The notes under the pieces: generated by a model | Database searches by the model: none | What the model was told of the DNA's origin: nothing | The model's input: only the letters and a program-made list of their open reading frames with translations | Translations under genes and position numbers: made by a program | Part shown: positions 58,171 through 64,000 of the stretch, in pieces | Layout of the letters: each line of letters begins with the position of its first letter | Position numbering within the stretch: position 1 is the first letter of the stretch | NCBI GenBank assembly: GCA_041640715.1 | Contig: JBEPZU010000001.1 | Location: 132,816-196,815, forward strand | Source: Thermoproteota archaeon | GTDB lineage: Archaea; Thermoproteota; Thermoprotei; Gearchaeales; Gearchaeaceae | Direction of reading: 5' to 3' | Length of the DNA stretch: 64,000 nt

Positions 58171-59517
58171 ATGTCCTGCCCTGTCTTTACGAGATATGCT
58201 ACTAAGGAAATGTCTAGAATTTTCAAAGAGGAAGCGAAGATCGAACGTTGGTTAATGGTCGAAGCAGCTTTAGCTGAAGCTCAAGCAGAATTGGGAATGA
58301 TACCTTTGGAAGCAGCTAAGGAGATATCTTCAAAAGCTAACTTAGCTCATGTATCGCTTGAAAGGATAAAAGAGATAGAAAAGGAAGTAGATCATGATTT
58401 ATTAGCAGTAGTTAATGCTTTGGCTGAAGTTTGTAGAGATGGTCTTGGCAGATTTGTTCATAAAGGCGCTACAAGCTATGACATAGAAGACACGGCATGG
58501 GCTTTAGCTTTCAAAGAGTCTCTTCAACTTTTGAAGAAAAGGACCAAAGAATTGTTGAAAATACTTTATGAAAAAACTGAGGAATACAAGGATTTGGTAT
58601 GCATAGGTAGAACCCATGGTCAGCACGCTCTTCCAACAACTTATGGAATGAAATTTGCTCTTTGGTGCTACGATATTTACAGGTGTTTAAAAAGGATCGA
58701 TTTCCTGCTTGAATTCGACATATTAGGTAAGATGAGCGGTGCAGTAGGTACTATGGCTGCTTTTGGTGAAAAAGGTTTGATTTTGCAAGAGAAAGTGATG
58801 GAAAAGCTTGGGATTAAGGCTTCCTTGATAACTAATCAAGTAGTTCAACGTGACGTTTTCTCAGATATAATGTATTTCATCGCAGTTTACAGTTCATGTC
58901 TTGAGAAAATAGCTAAGGAGATAAGGAATTTACAAAGGACAGAAATAGCTGAAGTTCTAGAGCCTTTCTCTGAGAAGCAAATAGGTTCTTCTACGATGCC
59001 TCATAAGAGAAACCCCCATCGTTCTGAGAGGATTTGTAGCTTAGCTAGATATTTAAGAGCTTTGGTGAATGTAGCTCTTGAAAACATAGCTCTTGAACAT
59101 GAAAGAGATTTAACGAATAGTGCAAACGAAAGGATAACGCTCTCCCATGGTTTCATTTTACTCGATTTCATGATAGAAGAAACGAAGAAGATAATCAAGG
59201 GATTGAAAATTTATGAGAAAAATGTTAAGAATAACCTCATGCTTTTAAACGGTATTTATCTAGCTGAAAGGGTGATGCTCGCTTTGGTGGAAAAGGGTCT
59301 CTCAAGGAATGTGACTCAGAACTTGGTCAGAGATATAGCTATAAAATGCTATGAAGAAAGATTGAATTTCAAGGAGGAACTCATAAAAAACGAATTGGTA
59401 AGTAAATATCTTAACAAGGAAGAAATAGAGCAACTCTTAGATCCCTATTCTTATATCGGGCAATCCAGGCAAATCGTAGAAAAAGTACTGGAAGAAATCG
59501 GTCCTCATTTAAATTAA
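58171..59517 (+). CDS. purB: Adenylosuccinate lyase
   Basis: VHKGATSYDI.DT, GRTHGQHA.PTT, SGAVGT, GSSTMPHKRNP, EHERDL. Confidence 0.96.
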   Translation: MSCPVFTRYATKEMSRIFKEEAKIERWLMVEAALAEAQAELGMIPLEAAKEISSKANLAHVSLERIKEIEKEVDHDLLAVVNALAEVCRDGLGRFVHKGATSYDIEDTAWALAFKESLQLLKKRTKELLKILYEKTEEYKDLVCIGRTHGQHALPTTYGMKFALWCYDIYRCLKRIDFLLEFDILGKMSGAVGTMAAFGEKGLILQEKVMEKLGIKASLITNQVVQRDVFSDIMYFIAVYSSCLEKIAKEIRNLQRTEIAEVLEPFSEKQIGSSTMPHKRNPHRSERICSLARYLRALVNVALENIALEHERDLTNSANERITLSHGFILLDFMIEETKKIIKGLKIYEKNVKNNLMLLNGIYLAERVMLALVEKGLSRNVTQNLVRDIAIKCYEERLNFKEELIKNELVSKYLNKEEIEQLLDPYSYIGQSRQIVEKVLEEIGPHLN

Positions 59518-59528
59518 TGGGCCTAGTT

Positions 59529-60058
59529 CTAACGCTTCCAAACAATGCTACAACCAAAAGGTCTAGTTATGGGTTCCTTCACTTCTTCTTTATTCAACAA
59601 GGCTTCTATCGTCTCTATGAGATCTCTTTTTTTAACTAGTTGAATATTTCTGTTGTCATCTATCCTTCCCTGATACCTCAATGTTCTCTTCTCGTCGAAA
59701 ACGAATACATGGGGCGTGCATATAGCACCAAAGATTCTAGCTACTTCTTGTGTTTCGTCCTTCAAATAATAGAAATTATATTCTTTTTCTTTAGCTCTCT
59801 TTTTCATTTCTTCTAGGCTTTCAGAATCCCTATGGTTAGAGTCTATTGCAATTAGTCGCACTCCCTTATCAGCGTATTTATTTTGTATTTTTATGAGTCT
59901 ATCTTCATAATCCCTATAGACTGGGCATAAGTTAGAAGCAAATACTATTACTAGGATTCTTTTAGATCTGAGTCGCTTACCAACTTTCCAGAAACGTCTT
60001 TTAAACTGAATTTAGGCATTGGGTCTCCTGTGTTCAGTTTAAATGAATTTGAGTCCAT
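59529..60058 (-). pseudogene. Frameshifted thioredoxin-fold (AhpC/TSA, PRX-like) gene
   Basis: ATG 60058 reads MDSNSFKLNTGDPMPKFSLKDVSGKLVSDSDLKES*; homology continues in another frame (RILVIVFASNLCPV...YEDRL...GVRLIAIDSN...AICTPHVFVFD...YQGRIDD...PFGCSIVW). Confidence 0.75.
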
Positions 60059-60089
60059 ATGCTTTTATTTTGTCTTATAATAAAATATT

Positions 60090-60428
60090 ATGAGTTCTTT
60101 CTCTGTGCCTATAGATAAAGTAAAGAAAGACATCATATCTATCTTGAAAGAACTAGGTATTGAAGCTGAAGAGGTAGCTTCTTGTAGCTCCAATATAGAG
60201 GTAAGGAAAGGTTATGCTCGTTACATTTATGTCGAGGATTATGCTGATTTAGAAGCTAAATTGAAAAGCTTTGTAGAAGATCAGGATTTCAAGAAATCAA
60301 AAAGTAAGGTCTATGTATGGTCAGAGTATGAAGGGCAATACAGGTATGTTCAAGTAGGTTATTTCCTGCCTAGCGAGGGAGGTTTGACTAGATTGAATAT
60401 TCTTACTGTAAGCGTGGCACAAAGCTAG
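60090..60428 (+). CDS. Hypothetical protein
   Basis: 112-aa ORF in free space; no recognised motif. Confidence 0.55.
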   Translation: MSSFSVPIDKVKKDIISILKELGIEAEEVASCSSNIEVRKGYARYIYVEDYADLEAKLKSFVEDQDFKKSKSKVYVWSEYEGQYRYVQVGYFLPSEGGLTRLNILTVSVAQS

Positions 60429-61539
60429 CTAATAAAGAAATTATTAGGGCTATTACTGAGAATGTAAGCGGTATTAAGAAAATTAGAGCATATTGTTGAA
60501 CAGGGAGTAGACCCGAACTTATAGAGCCTATTATGATTCCTGTCAAAGAAAGGCCTTGTAATATTCCAGAAGCTGAACCCCTAGCTTCTTCTCTCATCGA
60601 AGCAGTTACATAGCTGGAAGCTAAGAATCCTAAGCCTAAAGAGACCCCTAGTATGATAGAAGCAACAAGATAATAAGCGACGTTGAAGTAAAAGACCAAG
60701 GATGTAAAGAAAGCTGTTAAAGAGGAAAAAGCCAAGCTTAATTCCGGCCTATTTCTTTCAGATATCAAAGATGAAATATAAAAAAATGGTATCGATATAG
60801 CTGTAGCAATGGCCATGAATATACCAACTCTAGCCGCTGCTTGTTCATGAGGTAATTTCTCTACGATGCTCAAAATTGGTCCTAAGCTTCCTACTACAAC
60901 GCCATTTATCAAATAAATGCTAAACATCGTTAGAAAGGCAGGAAGCAATTTGAGGTAATTCATTTTTATTACACCTAGCGAATTCCCTAATCTATATCCA
61001 AAGACTTCTTTTATTTTGAGATTGTAAACCAGTAACAAGGCAGTTACGTGGAGAGCGATTATAAAAGAAAAAACAGCGCTAAAGCCGAATCTAAATACTA
61101 ATGTTGCCGTAAGTCCAGAACCTATTAGTATACTTATTGTGGTAAAGGTCCAGAAAAGGCTTAAAGGCTTACCTAATTTCCTGAAGCTATCCCCTACCAT
61201 AGCTATAGCTGAAGGGAATATCATGGAATCGAAGAACGCATGTAATGCTCTTGCGATTATTAAGTACGTGTAATTTGGGGCTAAAAGATATATTATAAAA
61301 GCTAAGATGTCCCCTGGAATTCCCATCAAAAGGACTTTCCTCCTACCTATTCTATCAGCTAAGTATCCTAGAGGAAAGCTTACTATGATAGCTATAATTG
61401 AATAAAGTGCTACTATAATTGCCGCAATACCCCTAGGTGCGTTTAATGAAACAGCATAACTCGCCAATATAGGGGAGAGCATAGCGGTATCTATTATACC
61501 TACGAAACCTATGAATGCTATTATAGGCAGTATACGCAT
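60403..61539 (-). CDS. MFS transporter
   Basis: Motif A GYLADRIGRRKVL, about 12 TM helices, RGSASG. Confidence 0.9.
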   Translation of the reverse strand: MRILPIIAFIGFVGIIDTAMLSPILASYAVSLNAPRGIAAIIVALYSIIAIIVSFPLGYLADRIGRRKVLLMGIPGDILAFIIYLLAPNYTYLIIARALHAFFDSMIFPSAIAMVGDSFRKLGKPLSLFWTFTTISILIGSGLTATLVFRFGFSAVFSFIIALHVTALLLVYNLKIKEVFGYRLGNSLGVIKMNYLKLLPAFLTMFSIYLINGVVVGSLGPILSIVEKLPHEQAAARVGIFMAIATAISIPFFYISSLISERNRPELSLAFSSLTAFFTSLVFYFNVAYYLVASIILGVSLGLGFLASSYVTASMREEARGSASGILQGLSLTGIIIGSISSGLLPVQQYALIFLIPLTFSVIALIISLLASFVPRLQ

Positions 61540-61726
61540 TGAATGAAAATTGCTTTGCCTCTATATATTCTTATGTATTTTTTATATGAAAATTTATAAT
61601 AAAAAGTGAACTGAGCATTTACGTCAATCTCTTTACTAGATTTATTTTTTTGATTCTATATTAAAAGAGAAATCTAAATAAAAAAATTAAATCCATATAA
61701 TAAATATCGAAATGATGAATAGATTT

Positions 61727-61766
61727 ATAATTAAATTTGATTTAAATAATTAAATTTAAATTTAAT
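61727..61766. repeat. AT-only direct repeat and palindrome within an AT-rich intergenic region
   Basis: ATAATTAAATTT at 61727 and 61746; 18-bp palindrome ATTAAATTTAAATTTAAT at 61749-61766. Confidence 0.4.
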
Positions 61767-61818
61767 AATTTTAAGATCTATTCTTAAACTAACAAATTTT
61801 TCTGGGACATTTTAAATT

Positions 61819-63555
61819 TTAATATCCTGGTAAATCTATTTTTTGGAATAAACTTTCGTATGTTTTTTTGGTTTCGTTAACGAATTCCCTATAATCTCTA
61901 ATGGTCACAACAGCAGGCAGCTTAACGGCTTCTCCGAATATTAAAGCTTCCTTTCTCTTGAGGGTTGAAACAACTGGTTCGAACAATTTGCTGTATTTCA
62001 ATCCTCTAGTCGCGCTTTCAATGTCTCTAGGTTCTGTGAGCGTGAGCACGAAGTTATTCCAAAGCATCGCCATAACATCTTCAGCTATCTGTGATGGTCT
62101 TTGATCTATTATGGCTAACAGTATTCCTCTTTTCCTCAATTCTCTAGCTATGTTTCCAAAGGCAGTTTTATCATAGAATTCCTCTGAAAGGAATTTATGC
62201 GCTTCTTCTAAGAATATTAGGATCTTATTTTCAAGTTTCCTTCCTTTCATTATTTCATCGATGGCCTTCTTCCAGATTCTCTTAGCTAAAAGTTGGGCTA
62301 TTAAAATATAAGCTCGAGGATCATCGCCGTATCTTCCAAAGCTTATTATTATATTCCTATTGCCTTCAAATAACTCGTTTACTATTTCATTCAGATTTCC
62401 TTTATACTCAGTACTCAAGAATTCATATCTGTTCAAGAACCTAAGCTTAGCCTTACCGGCTCTAAGCGCAGATAAAGCTCCAGGTCCCAAACTTTTCATA
62501 TACCCTCCTATTTTTTTCTCCAATCTTTCATATTCTGAGTTCGTGTAACTTTCTTCTAGGTATCCTAAAAGGTATAATAACCAAGAATAATCCTGCTTCG
62601 TTGTCGACCTTTGTTGTGTTTGACTAGTTTGTTTTGATATCTCATTTACGGCTTCATTTATGATGGCTCTAAACGAAGGTAGATAAGCCATGAAATTTTC
62701 AGATAAACCTAAGATTTTTTCCAAGACGTAAAAATCCTCGATCGTTATTTCGCTCAGATCTATCATTAATTTCTCCAACCCTCTTTCTTCTGCTAGAGCA
62801 TGATCTGGGGAGCATCTCAAAAATTCATTCCTAAAAATCAATCCGACACCTTCTGCATAATCATTTCCGTGCTCATCCTTTACCTTTAAGCCATATTCGC
62901 TGTGCATATCGAAGATCAAGAGCTTAATCTTCTTATCAGGATTTCCTAATTTGTTGAAGAGAACTATGAGCGTGCTTATTATATTACCTAAATGGGTTTT
63001 TCCAGTTCCGGATTTCCCGAAAATCCCAAAAGAGCCTCTTGTTAAGATATCTATATTCAACGGTATCATCACTTTAGATTCTATTTCTTTGAAGGGATGT
63101 TTTGAATATCCTATGCCCCAGTTAACTCTGTAATCTATTGTTCCATAGAACATTTTTATGTTTTTTTCGCTAGGTGCTAAAACCTTAGCCATGTGAACAG
63201 GAATTGTATCAACTTCTTCAGTAATTTTGCCGTCCGTTTGAGCTAAAGGTATTAATTTAAGTCCGGTAGAAAATTTGTCTCTTTCAACGTAACTTTCCTT
63301 TGTTATCTCAGCTATTCGTCTACCTGTTTCCTCTTTCATAAGAGAAACGTTTTGGCTAGCTCTTTCTGAACCTTTTAGGTGGCATGTCTCAGATATTATT
63401 CCTAAGTATATTCTCTTTTTACCTTCTATGACTGCGAGGGAATTTGTTGCTATATCCTCGGTCAAGCTATAATCTCTAAGCTGAGCTAGTATCCCTTCAC
63501 TAGTACTGGCATTCAATACAAAAGCTAATTCCTTGGTAGCTTTTTCTCCATCCAT
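61819..63555 (-). CDS. HerA/FtsK-family ATPase (HAS barrel + DUF87)
   Basis: GIFGKSGTGKT Walker A, IFDMHSEYG, FLEEAHKF Walker B, ARELRKRG Arg finger, DQRPS, ALIFGEAV. Confidence 0.9.
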   Translation of the reverse strand: MDGEKATKELAFVLNASTSEGILAQLRDYSLTEDIATNSLAVIEGKKRIYLGIISETCHLKGSERASQNVSLMKEETGRRIAEITKESYVERDKFSTGLKLIPLAQTDGKITEEVDTIPVHMAKVLAPSEKNIKMFYGTIDYRVNWGIGYSKHPFKEIESKVMIPLNIDILTRGSFGIFGKSGTGKTHLGNIISTLIVLFNKLGNPDKKIKLLIFDMHSEYGLKVKDEHGNDYAEGVGLIFRNEFLRCSPDHALAEERGLEKLMIDLSEITIEDFYVLEKILGLSENFMAYLPSFRAIINEAVNEISKQTSQTQQRSTTKQDYSWLLYLLGYLEESYTNSEYERLEKKIGGYMKSLGPGALSALRAGKAKLRFLNRYEFLSTEYKGNLNEIVNELFEGNRNIIISFGRYGDDPRAYILIAQLLAKRIWKKAIDEIMKGRKLENKILIFLEEAHKFLSEEFYDKTAFGNIARELRKRGILLAIIDQRPSQIAEDVMAMLWNNFVLTLTEPRDIESATRGLKYSKLFEPVVSTLKRKEALIFGEAVKLPAVVTIRDYREFVNETKKTYESLFQKIDLPGY

Positions 63556-64000
63556 CTGATTAATATAGTGTTAACCTTTTCTATTAACATATCCAAATAA
63601 TTTTCGTCCAAGCTTTTTTGAATAGAACTTAACATCATTTGTATTTCCTCTAAACTGAAATATTTAGACAAATTTTCGAAGAAGTTCTCCAAAAAGAAAA
63701 GGAACAAGCTTTGTTCTTGCTGAGGCATGCTATTATATATTAAAGGAAGATATCTCAATTCGAATTCTTCATTCATGATGTGCAGATCTCTTATGAATTC
63801 TCTAGTAGGTATGAAAACCAAATCATGGATTAGAGGAATGCTGCTAGGTCTTGTTTGATGGAATTCTCCTTCTTTAAAATAAGCTACCGTTATCGCTTCG
63901 CATACAGCGGCGTATTTTTCAGGAATATCCTTATAACTTTGAGCCAATTCTTCCCTCTTCATCTTGAATAACTTAGGTTTGCTTGGCAACTCTGCAAAGG
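63525..64000 (-). CDS. Probable stand-alone HAS-barrel protein (likely 5'-truncated by window edge)
   Basis: REEL...PE...EAITVAY.....HQTRP..IP.IHDLVF pattern resembles the small HAS-barrel proteins encoded next to bacterial herA; overlaps herA start. Confidence 0.55.
   Translation of the reverse strand, partial: FAELPSKPKLFKMKREELAQSYKDIPEKYAAVCEAITVAYFKEGEFHQTRPSSIPLIHDLVFIPTREFIRDLHIMNEEFELRYLPLIYNSMPQQEQSLFLFFLENFFENLSKYFSLEEIQMMLSSIQKSLDENYLDMLIEKVNTILIRWMEKKLPRN

Noticed and set aside
1752-63133. Numerous short antisense or alternate-frame ORFs in the track (e.g. 2524-2991, 7276-7725, 11559-11942, 20952-21413, 34082-34420, 48940-49263, 54817-55197)
   Set aside because: They lie wholly within well-supported genes on the other strand or frame, have Ser/Phe/Leu-rich shadow composition and show no motifs
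1-64000. tRNA, rRNA, CRISPR array, IS/transposase, integrase, intein
   Set aside because: No GC-rich structured RNA, T-loop consensus, periodic repeat-spacer pattern or recombinase motif recognised by eye; aIF5B and others are normal length. Small RNAs could be missed without a covariance search

Overview
AT-rich (roughly one-third G+C by eye), very gene-dense archaeal chromosomal segment. eL13, a short stand-alone XPF, a Rieske/cytochrome b pair without cytochrome c1 and the gene order point to a TACK/Thermoproteota-type, probably aerobic thermophile (inference). Most of the window is housekeeping: purine synthesis (guaB, guaAA, guaAB, purB); the rpoD-L18e-L13-S9-rpoN-eno-S2 cluster; mevalonate/lipid genes (mvk, ipk, idsA) and gltX; the L7Ae-S28e-L24e-aIF5B-S6e-aIF2g-PIN-rpoE'-spt4-S24e-S27ae-KEOPS-S15-RecJ-like-S3ae superoperon; a tRNA-processing cluster (Trm11, RNase Z, ThpR, CCA); and Tat. 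Accessory parts are a Rieske/cyt b respiratory operon, a MacB-type ABC transporter with a surface protein, a 2466-aa membrane-anchored subtilase, and a HAS-barrel/HerA pair of bacterial type. Most striking: ribosomal protein eL15 is split, and its conserved C-terminal tail ([12 protein letters not shown]...) is fused to the end of an eL13 gene that sits inside the eL15 locus. Also notable: enolase has no ATG/GTG/TTG at its real N-terminus (ATT start or 1-bp deletion), and cytochrome b has Lys in place of the fourth heme-ligating His. No rRNA, tRNA, CRISPR array or IS element was recognised. All calls come from motif recognition, not database searches.
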